Assembly (NCBI GenBank): GCA_950097015.1
Contig: CATNEN010000038.1
Location: 5,828,001 to 5,892,000 of the forward strand
Length of the DNA: 64,000 nt
From: Macrostomum hystrix
Taxonomy: Eukaryota; Animalia; Platyhelminthes
Direction: 5' to 3'
Shown: positions 35,601 to 46,058 of the stretch, piece after piece
How the letters are laid out: every line of letters starts with the position of its first letter
Numbering within the stretch: position 1 is the stretch's first letter
Translations under genes and position numbers: made by a program
The notes under the pieces: generated by a model
Told to the model about the DNA's origin: nothing
Seen by the model: only the letters and a program-made list of their open reading frames with translations
Databases searched by the model: none

Positions 35601-37489
35601 TGCTCCAGATTTCTCTGGACTTTGTAATGACATAACTTGCAAAACTTTTTGAACACCCCTTGTACAGACATTGCAGCTTTAATAAGGCAGACAATCTCAC
35701 AATATTTAGCCAACTATAAACAACTAGATAAATATCAGGTATAATACATATATAAGACTAGCCTTTTTGTATTAAATATTATAAGCTTATACTTAAACCT
35801 GTACGCTGTGCTAATTAAATACAGAACTCACCACCAGTAGTTCAACACCTTAGGTGGCTAATAATAATATAAATAAGTATATCTAATTTAATTATAACCA
35901 AAAAATCTAAACATTAATCTGAATAATCTAAATACAAAAACAAAATACTAATCACCACCTTAGGTGGCGCCAACCTACTTGCCTAACATTAGTCAGGAAA
36001 AGCACAATGGTTTTTTCATGCCTTTTAGTTTTTTAGATAATTTTTTAGAAAATTTTAAGAGACAAAAGAGCAGTATATGCCAGTCTTAGTTTATTGGAAT
36101 TGTATGCTAGATTTTGAGAATTAAAAAAGTTGCCATCTGAGCTTTAGAACAAGAAGAAGTAAAAGCAAAAATGTATCAGTAAAACAAAAACACATTCATG
36201 GGAATAAACTTACTCATCTTCTTTCTTCTCTGAGTCACCATGCTTGCCAAACAAATTTGGGTTAAAATCCGCGATATCCAACTACAATTATTATTTCATT
36301 GCAAATTAATCAGGTATATATAATAATAATTTATATTAATAATAAAAAGTACTTACAAGGGACATCACAGTGTCTGTGTTAGCTCAAGCTGACAAAGTTT
36401 TCTAAAACAAAAATAGTAATTATTTTAAGTATTAATGTCTGTGTTTTATGTATCTGTAAAATACACAAAAAATTGTTTAGAAAGTTTTCTATTTTGCAAT
36501 TTTCATAATTGCAACAGTCATATAGCAATATGTACAATATATAAAAGAAACAATATAAGCATACTTTTGTACTAATTGACACTTTCAGGATTCTAAACTA
36601 TTGCCAGAAATGATCTATATCCATGTGCCTCATACTAATAAAATATCATTGCTCACACTTACTGTTCAATGCAAATACAATGCAAGTGTCAATACCAGTT
36701 TGTTTAAAATTGTAATTTAGATGAACTTAAAGACAAAATATAAAACATTAAATTAATGCACTTGTATTTTTAGAAATCTGTATTTCTAAATTTGTTGCAT
36801 TTTTGAATGGCAATATACTTGCATAACAGTCTTTTGTATCCATTTAAGAGTCCGCAAATTAGGCCTATAGAAGGTTAACTAGAGTCTAGTCCCATTTTGA
36901 ATTTTCTTATGGCTTACTGCTAGCTAAGGTAAAAAATAACTAATCACTTATTCTTCTGCAAATTGAATGCAGAATGAATGATTAATTGTCAGAACTCAAG
37001 ATAGCTAAGTCTTTTTGTAACTAGACTAGCAAGCTAGCAATTTAACAAGGATTTCGATTTATATAAAAATATCACAAATTATTTTTTATATATTTGATTT
37101 TATCTTTCGAAATATTACTTAATATGCAGCGCATGTACCATTATATAAGCTAGATAGCTAATAGACCTATAGACACGTTCACGGTTGAATGCTAATCAAG
37201 TCTAAAGCGCAAGAAAAAAACTGGCGAGAAAAAATTCCAGCACCTTAAATACAACACAGTAATTCAGAGAATTAAATGCTCACTTTAATTATGCCTGCTA
37301 ACGTTATTAGAACGGTTTAAATGGTTTTTATACTATATTAGTATGCCGCTTAAAAATCCGAATCTATTAGCTTTAATACTTACACTTATGGTTAATATAG
37401 GATTATCAGAATGCACATTGAATTTTCACTTTTCAATTAATAAAGATTTACATGTTAACATAAATATATAGTTAAATGAAATTTACCAT
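20680..37489 (-). CDS. CHD1: Chromodomain-helicase-DNA-binding protein 1 (CHD1/CHD2 family), 12 exons, about 1800 aa
   Basis: Phase-consistent exons: 37489-37487 (ATG only), 36281-36214, 33466-33035, 32950-32180, 29777-29618, 28511-28005, 26276-25905, 24946-24018, 23511-23154, 23061-22819, 22726-22104, 21616-20680; total 5403 nt. Tandem chromodomains ([27 protein letters not shown]), SNF2 ATPase ([50 protein letters not shown]), SANT/SLIDE region ([16 protein letters not shown]) and C-terminal helical DUF4208-type domain. The first two small exons are less certain. Confidence 0.95.
21654..22020 (+). mobile_element. SINE family A, full-length copy in the last CHD1 intron (antisense)
   Basis: GGGGGTCGGTGGCAGAGCGGTTAACGCG (A box), GTTCGATTC (B box), body, GCAGCCCTCCTGCAAA(TAT)n tail. 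Confidence 0.9.
23550..24000. repeat. 30-bp minisatellite (about 11 core units plus degenerate flanks), CHD1 intron 8
   Basis: Unit TCTGTAACTGTGACAGCTGTCATCATTGGA. Confidence 0.95.
25083..25850. repeat. Compound minisatellite, 30-bp units grading into related 49-bp units, CHD1 intron 7
   Basis: TTTAACTGTACTCAAACAGTGTCTCGGCAC and a variant up to about 25610, then AAACTGTACTCAAACAGAGTCACAGCACTCAACCAGTATCGGAGCACTC. Confidence 0.95.
26350..27905. repeat. 16/12-bp variant minisatellite, roughly 100 units, CHD1 intron 6
   Basis: Interspersed units CTGCCTGAGGAGA(C/T)AA, CTATCTGAGGAGACAA and CTGAGGAGACAA. Confidence 0.97.
30327..31443. repeat. 31-bp minisatellite, about 36 copies, CHD1 intron 4
   Basis: Unit TAATCACTGATCTACAGCCATTCACCTGTGA with point variants. 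Confidence 0.97.
33693..34102. repeat. Two short tandem repeats: a 30-bp unit (CCCACTGAAGGATTGGAGGATTACAGCAGA, with one inverted partial copy near 33807-33831) and a ~23-bp unit (AGGGATCTTACTGTGATTCTGGT)
   Basis: Read directly from the sequence. Confidence 0.8.
34336..35662 (+). mobile_element. Mariner DD34D transposon, full length but disrupted, in CHD1 intron 2
   Basis: TA flanks at 34334-35 and 35663-64. TIRs CGAGGGGTGATCGAAAAGTTCTGCAA and CAAGGGGTGTTCAAAAAGTTTTGCAA. Transposase 34521-35595 is broken near 35081-35150 and retains [21 protein letters not shown] and [10 protein letters not shown] (34-residue spacing). Confidence 0.95.
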
Positions 37490-37608
37490 TTGCTGGACCT
37501 GACCTACTTCTATTTGGCTTCCCGTTTTCATAGCAGTAAAAACAATAATTGAGCAATCTAAGTTACTTTTTGTTATACAACATAAAACCGTAAGTTTTGC
37601 CAAAAAAA

Positions 37609-37765
37609 TCACCCGTATATACCGCCTAACGTGTATATACGGGTGCCTTTATGCGCTTAAAAAAGGCGGTCTATATCATGCTACGATATCATATAGCATG
37701 ATATGGACCGCCTTTTAGGCGGTTTTCGCCGTGTTCTATACCGCCTAACGTGTATATACGGGTGA
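37609..37765. repeat. Short palindromic MITE-like foldback
   Basis: TCACCCGTATATAC...GTATATACGGGTGA termini; central hairpin AAAAGGCGGTCTATATCATGCTA...TAGCATGATATGGACCGCCTTTT. Confidence 0.75.
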
Positions 37766-37774
37766 AAAAATCTG

Positions 37775-38238
37775 CCGTGTTGACGACTCTTAGGCTACAT
37801 CGAACATGCGCGACGGTCGCCTAATAGGCAACTCCGAACATGTTCTTTGTTCCGAGAACATGTTTTTTTTTAATTAAAAAGGCTACTTAATGTATATTAA
37901 ATACCACTAGGTACTGAACACGCGATAATATGCGCTGTTGAAAAAAAGATATATTGGTGGCTCATATTTAGGCTAAATGCTGGTATGCAGATTTTACAGA
38001 CTTTACAGTAAATTACAGACATTGTAAGCCCCAGTTATCTTTACCATTATGTCTTCTTTTTTGGCCTGTAAAGGCCATCGCATTCAGCACGTAGCTACAT
38101 ATAATTTTTTACATTTTGAAGCCTTATAAATAAAAAAGAACATGTTCTCGGGACGAATAACATGTTCTGATTTGCCCAATAGGCAACAGTCGCGCATGTT
38201 CGATTACCGTTTCTTAGACCCTATCTCTGTCAACACGG
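37775..38238. mobile_element. MITE-like element with long imperfect inverted arms
   Basis: CCGTGTTGAC...GTCAACACGG ends; ATCGAACATGCGCGAC...GAACATGTTC...GAGAACATGTT is mirrored in the right arm. Confidence 0.75.
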
Positions 38239-40586
38239 GTGAAAAAATTATGAAATAAATGCATTTTTATGTTGTGCCAGAAAAAATATGCCAGGGTTTG
38301 AACCAAGTAATGCTTTATAGAAGTCATATAACGATGCATCTGTCCGAGTATTGTGCATATTTGTGATAAAATTTTATTGTTTGTAAATTGCTGATGGGTA
38401 AAGGCTTAACGAACGAGCCAAGTCTTTGCGAATTGCCAAAACGATCCATAGTGCCAGCACCTTGTTGCCGCGCTTATTGGGTTGCATGAATAATACGTAA
38501 CGGGTTAAGCTTTTTTACCAGTTATCCACCAGTGCTGAGAATAGATGAGGCCCAGTTCTATGGATACTAAAAACAATAGATGGTACTCAGTCGCTTATGG
38601 AATGTAATAAGTCTGTATACGTCTGTAGAATGTCTGTAAATTAGTGAAGCCCATTTAAAAAGGTAATCTTCGGGTTTATTGTCGCTAAAACGTGTTGCAG
38701 TGAAACAAGTAGAAGTTACATTTTTATCTACACTTGATAGTTTTGTAAAAAAGGCAACAAAATAAAATAAGAAATTCAAGACTTTTAGCTCTCTTTAACA
38801 GCACTTTACTTACATAAGTTCGGTTGCTTCCTTATTAATCGCACTGATTTGCTTTGCTTGGACGTGTCAAAAATAATTTCGGGTCACGCTTTTCATTACT
38901 GAGCTGTTACTACATTGTATTGTTCCGCAGGTACTTTGAACTGTAACAAATTTACAAAGGATATGGATATCTAAAGAATATTTAGATATCATTTTAAAGC
39001 TTCTGACAGACTGCCATTTTTATGAATGTCATAGTTATCAGTTTGATAATTAATAAATGTCGTAGGGCTCTTTCTTAATTAATAATAACTCACTTTAATT
39101 GTACCTTAAATTGACTTTAGAAATAATTTTTTTATTTCCTTTGTTTAATGACTTTATTATACTTCATAGACTGACTATGTACTTCTCTTACTTCATATGC
39201 ATATATTGCTTAATTTAGCCAGATAGGCTGCCTTCTTTCCAAATATGGTAGCGTTCTCACGAGTGTCCGAGCGGCAAGACACTTCTTCCCCTTCTTACTT
39301 ACTCTTCAACTATCTGGCTTTCTAGATTTACCCTCTATTCTTTCAGTTGTTAAACTGCATACTGCTTTTGATATATACTCTTTCCTTATTCTTTCGAATG
39401 CTCACTGACTTATGTGAAATCACAGACCTGCTTTTCTCTCTCTGAAATGATAACACTTCAAACACTGAGAAATTTTCTCTCTTGCCTTTTTAACTTTCCT
39501 CCTTTTAGGCACTAAGGAACGGGCGATCTTTTAAAACTAATTTGCGGTTGTATTATAGCATAAGTATAAATTGAGGTGGGTGACACAATACAGACAAACA
39601 AATGATAGAAACGGGGAAAACAAGTTTGGCGGGAATTCAAGTTATAAAAATTAGGGCCTTACCTCATAAACAACAGCTAAAACTAATCTGCAGTGTAGAA
39701 GCTTTTGTTCCTGCGTTTTACTGATAGCGTTATTGTTTAGGAGCTATGTATGCATGGATATTGTAACTACTCTCATGGTATGTATGAGTTGACACAAATA
39801 TACAGATAGTAATATTCCAGCTATGTGTCGTGATTTGCAAAGTGCTTAATTTGCGAAACAAGCAATTTTTTATTTTTATTGAAAGCTCAATACCACAAAA
39901 AGTGTGCTATATATATTTTACAGAAAAAGTTACGCGACTTGCGGCTGTTGAAAAAACACATTTTGTATGCTATTTTTAATAATATTAATGCTTGAGCATA
40001 AATATAGGATATGGATGGCTGTAGGTATTCTCTAAACTAATCCCCTATTAGCTAAATGCAGATCATGTATGCATGCAGACATGCAGAATATGCAAACGCT
40101 TTGTAGTCAGTGCTCAGAGGATCTAAGTGGATGTCCTTTTTCTTGTGGTGTTCCTCTTAAGAATCTTTGCGAACGTTGACCATTCGGTCACCATTCTATC
40201 GCACAGGACATTTGATTCTTAGTAAACTTTTAAAAATGTTACCACCAGCTGTTGTGTGGAGCCTGTCCTCAGTTTCCGGACGGAGCGAATAAGTGCCAGT
40301 ATCGCTGTACCAGCAAATTAAAATTAGCAGAAAAAAATTCCTGCATTTTTGCTACCTACTAAATCTTATGAGCAAAGTGATGCGTTTCGAATGAGAAAAT
40401 TATAAGGGACAAATATTTGTGGCTCAGCGAACTCATTAAAAATCCTCGATCCGCCTTAGAGCGCGCTTATATATAGCAAACAGACAATGTTGCCATTAAA
40501 CTTACTTGATCATGCTGAAACTTGAATTAAATAAAACTAATAGTTTGTTAGCTAAGCTTTAACAGCATAATTAAAACCATTTTCAG

Positions 40587-43500
40587 GTGCTGTTCGAGCC
40601 AACTGGACCCTACCGGGTCGGTGCCATGGACCTGCTCACCCAGCACGGCCAGTCTGGCATCCTCATGCGACTGTTTTACCCAAGCGGTATTCGAACTTCT
40701 GACCACCCGGTGGAGGGTGTCCGCAGCTACGCGGAGCCTGAGTGCGTGCAAGGCGCCCTTGACGCGATGGGTCGAGGCCCCTGGATCAGCGCCATCGTTC
40801 GCTGGGGATTTTCTCTGCTGCGGCTTCGCTGTGATTGGCGCGCTGACATTCTGGCCGGCGATGAGGCAGGTGCTTCTGGCCGGGAAAGGACTTCAGTTCC
40901 AGCTACAATTATCTAATTTTATATATTCGTGATCAATCCGTATCAAAGCTTGGCCTTAGGATCTCCGGAAAGGGACCCTAGCATGTCAGATTTTTTTCTA
41001 TTTAAAAATTATTAGTGTGCTTGAATTCGCAGCCGCTGCCGGCCATTGTGCTGTCCCACGGCCTGGGCGGCAGCCGGCACCTGTACTCCTCGCTGAGCTT
41101 GGAGTTCGCCTCTCACGGTTTCATTGTCGCCGCTGTTGAACACCGCGACGGCTCTGCGTGCGCCACGTTTCACACACCCGAGCCGACTGAAGGCACCAAC
41201 GCCACGGTTGGTCGGCAGGTTTGGCTGCCACTGCAGCGTCGCGATCTGGACGACGTGCCCTACCGCCAGGGCCAGGCGGCGCAGCGAGCCGACGAGTGCT
41301 TGGAAGCTGCCGAGACTCTGCGGCTGCTGGCAGAGTCTGGCGGCGACGCCGTCACCAACCGGATGCCTGACGGTGACGAGAGCGGCTCCGATGGCAATCC
41401 TGGAATGCTGGACCAGTTCAAGGTCAGTCACATCCCCCAATGCGACTGGGGGCTTTTTTGGCTAGCTTTTACTGAGCTGCTTCGATCCATTGTGATCTCC
41501 GAGACCTGCCGACCATTCACCGCTGTCACCTAGCGATTTGAACCATTTGAACATTTATTGTCATAATTAGCTCTTAATTTACTGATTTTACTCTCAAAAA
41601 ACTGAACAGGGCCGCATTGATGAGAAGCGAATTCACCTGATGGGTCATTCGTTTGGCGGTTCCTCGGCTCTGACTGCCTTGTCGAAGGCGCGCCCTGGAC
41701 TGTTCAGGTAAGTCTTTGCGAATCTAAATGCCATCCTTGCCTAGCCGATCGGGGCTACTCATGCTCAGTCGGTGTTCGCAGACAATTAGCCAGAAACTAG
41801 CCGTCCTTGGCTTGCAGAAGCTGCACGCTGATGGACTGCTGGATGCTGCCGGTGGCGGAGCAGTTTTACACTGGCTTCTGCCCGCTGCCGGTGCTGTTTC
41901 TGAACAATGACCGCTACCACTGGGAGACCAATGCGAAGCGCCTGGAATCCGTGATGTCCGGCATATCGGACCCCGAGCTCAAAACCTGCGTGTCACTCCG
42001 GTGAGGCCAGTCACCACTGCTTTATCACACTTGTGATATCACGTGACCGACTTTGTTCTAATGTACTTTTTCAATCATTAGGGGCACAAACCACCTGGCC
42101 CAGATGGATGCCGGCTTCTTCCTTTGGCCGCGACTGGCCCGACGCATCGGCCTGTGCGGCGACAGACTGCCTGCGGAGGCCACCGTCCTCACAGCGGACG
42201 TCTGCCGGGCCTTCATCGCCAGACACGAGGGTAAGCCAACAACCGCGGCTGCGAGTGGGTGGGTCAGATGATCGGAGTTCGGGTTTTCGGGTGTTCATAC
42301 TTCAAAATAATGTTTGCGAATCTTACATATGACATGTAACAATATAACAATGGTAACAATAGTAAGGTTAAAAATGAACTTCGAATCGGATGTATCGAAA
42401 TGATTCATATCGCTGCATGCAGCCTCGCAATCTCTGTAAAGTTTTCTATGTACTTTGCTAGCTTCCCTGTTACCTCTGTATTTTCTTGCACCATTAAAAA
42501 AGGCTTTTGTCTTCTGCTAAGAGACTACGAAAGTTCTTTACTATGGATCAAATGTCTCCAACGAAATGTTCCCTGACGTCTTGCAAGGATCCCAGTTGCA
42601 CCAGAAAAATGTACTTCATTTTCGACCGCGACTTTGCACTGTGGGGGTCGGTGTTCCGGGTTTGAAACATTTGAAAGATATTTTTCTCGGCAGAAATTTC
42701 TCTTGAAACTGTTGTAGGAATGACTGAGCTTTGCAGAATTTTGCACCTTCTGTCTCCTGTCTCCTGGGAAATTTGAAAGTTTTTTCCTGTGAATTTTAAC
42801 TGACCTTGTCTTTGAGCACAGAGAACAGTTTCGCAGTATAACACTTCTCAATTTTTGTTGCAATGCCTACTTCACTGAATTCTGGGTCCCGTATAAGCTT
42901 AGATATGCTGGAGTCTGGGAGATGAGATAGGGATGACCAGAACTACTGAATGCTTCTTTTCTGTATATCATACGATAGAGGCAGTCTACCAAGTTCTGAT
43001 CGGGCCCCATTGCTGTCAGTATTTTTGACTGAGTTGTAGTATACCTTTTCAACTTCGGATTCGTCAAAAGTGACTTCGAATTTGTCAGCGTATATAAAAC
43101 TATAGAGCGCTCAAGGGAATGAGAAGGGTGTCTATGGTAATTTCTTTCGAGAAAGTTCGTCAAAGTAAGTGAAATTCGTCAGTGCAACCAGTATATATTG
43201 TCAATCGTTAAGTAAAACAGCAACTAAACAAACAGAACAGGAAAACAGACGCATAAAATCACGCTTTAAAGTCGCTTGAACATGTTAACACGCTGTAATC
43301 AGTCCAAGATGTCTCCGTGTGGCAGACACCGCGGTCCGTACCGAAGTGTGAATTCGTGCCATTGTCGGCATTTCTCCTCCGTGATCGCAACCATCGCAGC
43401 TTCCACTTCTCGACTCAAAATGCGAAGACACCGGTTCTGAAGTGTCTCACCTGCTGCTACGGCCGCCTGACGATCCTGCACTTCAAGGACAACATCAGGG

Positions 43501-45076
43501 TCGGTCATGCGCCGCTTCAGGGCCGCCTTCATGCAAGAAATTGCCATTTCAGTGGCGTTCAAGAAAGGCGAGTAAGGTGGAAGAAACTGAAGCCTTTGGT
43601 CAGGACGCCCAAAATTCACGACTCCATGTGCCCTGGCGTTGTCAGCAAGTACCGTGAACTAGTCATCAACAAGGGTCCCGACTTCAATCACAAACTCACG
43701 AAACCTCTCTGCTGTAAAGCCACCAACAAAGATGCGGTGGTGGACCAGGCCCAACTGTGGGCTAACAGCAAGTGCTACCGTCAGATTGTGCCCACGCTTC
43801 GAATTCGCAATCATTACTGCTGCCAAAATCCGCCCATCCTTTAGTTCGTGCCGTCCATAGGTTGCACCCACTCATCTACGTAGATTAAATTCCTTACAAA
43901 CAGTCCAGTTTCTAGCATCCAGGTCATGTGTAGAAATCTAGCTTCTTTTGTAACGTCACTATTCCAATCTCCGTGAACCCGCCGTACATCTTTCAATGTA
44001 ATGCACAAAGTCCCGTTCGTCAAGCCGACGACTAATTGCCTGCGTTGTCACGACAGGAGCAGCAGGAAAGTCTGCCACAAGCTTTGCTGCATTTCTTTTA
44101 GCGTTACAGTCGGCTTCTCTTCCACGTACCTCGTCAATGCCTCGAGCATCTCCTCAGTGAACTTTGGTCTCACCACACCAAGCGCGTTAAGATCAATCCT
44201 ATCTTCATCTACATATCTTCTGATAATGTCATTGGCAGTCGTCCTCTTGATGTCCAGTTCAACTGCGAGAAGTCTCCAGTCTCGTCCCTGTTGAAAACAT
44301 CGCACGAGTCTAGAGCGATCGACAGACGAAATTCTCATATATGGCATCTCTGACAACAATAAGAGCAGGAAATGAGTAATGAAAGATTGCTGACTTATTG
44401 TACATAGACGAATTTCACTCACTTTCTCGAATAAATTTACACTGGGCACTTTGCTTTCTTGCCATAGACAAAGCGAAGACACTTTCTGATCAGGCTGCTT
44501 TTGCACTGACGAATTTCACTCACTCAGACGAATTCGAAGTCACTTTCTCGAAAGAAATTACCATAGACACCCCTTCTCATTCCCTTGAGCTCTCTTTAGT
44601 TTTATATACGCTGACGAATCCGAAGTTGAAAAGGTATACTGCCTTGCAGTTCCTGAAGTTAAAGTTCCTAAGATCGAGGTCTCCAAGTTTCCAAATTAGC
44701 AACACAAAAACTTCCTGAGGTTGTGAGGGCTCTATGGTGAGGAGAAAAAGGTTTAACAACTGAAAAGTATAAAAAGGGAGAGTGTCGGTTACCTGTAGAC
44801 AAGTATTACTTGCCTTAGTCGTCACTCCACAAGACATGATTCTTGAGGGCTTCAATAAAGCAAGACGAGATGCTTACTGCGTATATTTTCCGCTACTTCA
44901 AGTAGTGTCTTTTAAAAATGTGTTCAGGTGAATGAATTACTCTCACAGTTGTGCTTTGTTTGTAATAACATTCAGGAGCTGCACTCACTGAGGTTCAGCA
45001 GCAGCTGCTCAGAGGTGAGCACCCCGACTGCTTTGCCGGCCTGTCGTGGCACCCGGACACTGGAAGACCGGGTTGA
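40587..45076 (+). CDS. Platelet-activating factor acetylhydrolase (PLA2G7/PAFAH2 family); start exon not identified
   Basis: Exons 40587-40869, 41016-41422, 41610-41707, 41818-42000, 42082-42230, 44976-45076. Motifs PTGPYRVGAMDL...RLFYPS, SHGLGG, VEHRDGSA, GHSFGG (nucleophile Ser), MDCWMLP (Asp) and GTNHLAQMD (His). Confidence 0.9.
43037..44641 (-). mobile_element. Decayed IS630/Tc1-superfamily DDE transposon with ~140-bp TIRs, in the last PAF-AH intron
   Basis: Inverted ends AGTATACCTTTTCAACTTCGGATTCGTCA... (43037-43188 versus 44501-44641). Transposase remnants 44347-43299: HTH, LIYVDE, LADNARAH, FLPPYSPFLNATE, with stops and frameshifts. Exact termini and TSD are ambiguous. Confidence 0.88.
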
Positions 45077-45678
45077 CGGCTGGTCGCGCCTGAAGGCACG
45101 AACTGACTCGGCACCGATTTTAATGCCATGATGGACGGAATTGAGCATGTGTTTTATACTGCCAGACCATTCATTATTTCAATATATTTAAAGTCGCAGT
45201 GTTTTGAAACAGCTGCATCTGTTAATGCCTTGCTTGGTCAATAACGTTTTACAATTTTACAATTATCCTGGTTTTATGTACGAAGCGATCGAAGGACAGT
45301 TACTGTCTGACCTGTCTCATCTAACTTACAAGTGTTTCTGCCAACTCTTTTTAGTCCTGCATCATTAAACGGATTGCTGTGTGTCAAATTTTAACGATTG
45401 GGGCAATGTTTTCAGATTACTCTTATAAATTTATTAGAGAAGCAAGCTAGCTTGCGAATACCGAATCGGAAGGGTGACAGGGTTATTTTGTGAGCTAAAT
45501 ATTTTAAAGCTTGTAAAGAAGGACTGAAAATCATTTTTTTAGTTTTGTACTTTGTATCTCTCAGATTCTGGCTCAAATTTGGCCATTGTTTCTTAATTGG
45601 CATTGAAATTTCAGCTTTTTGCAGTATCATGACCTAATTGCATATTCTCGCCATTGTGCTCCATTAATTTAGAGTTGA

Positions 45679-45680
<2 letters not shown>

Positions 45681-45713
<33 letters not shown>

Positions 45714-46058
45714 TGCAGCAGGGCTGCTGGAAATACACATCATTTTGTGACACTAGACCCGCAGCCAGCAAGGAGGCAATTCTGCCGATTTTGCTGATTC
45801 CTGAGTACACACGCACACAGATACTGCACGCAGACGCTCACACTGGTGTGTACATTCTGTCCAGACTTTCTCATTGTCAGGCAGTGTACACTCTCACTGT
45901 GCCTTCGAGGTTGGCCCACAAGGGCGTAAACTGCACGATAAGCCATCAAGCCTTCTCTCCGCGGCTGCGCCCCAAATGAATGTGGCCTCGCCGCGGAATC
46001 GAGCTCAAATACCTTGGTGCGAGAGGCAAACGCGTTAACCGTTCTGCCACTGACTCCC
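45681..46058 (-). mobile_element. SINE family A, full-length copy with (AAT)11 tail
   Basis: (AAT)n then TGCAGCAGGGCTGC...GACACTAGACCC...CGCGTTAACCGTTCTGCCACT, the reverse complement of the family consensus. Confidence 0.9.
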
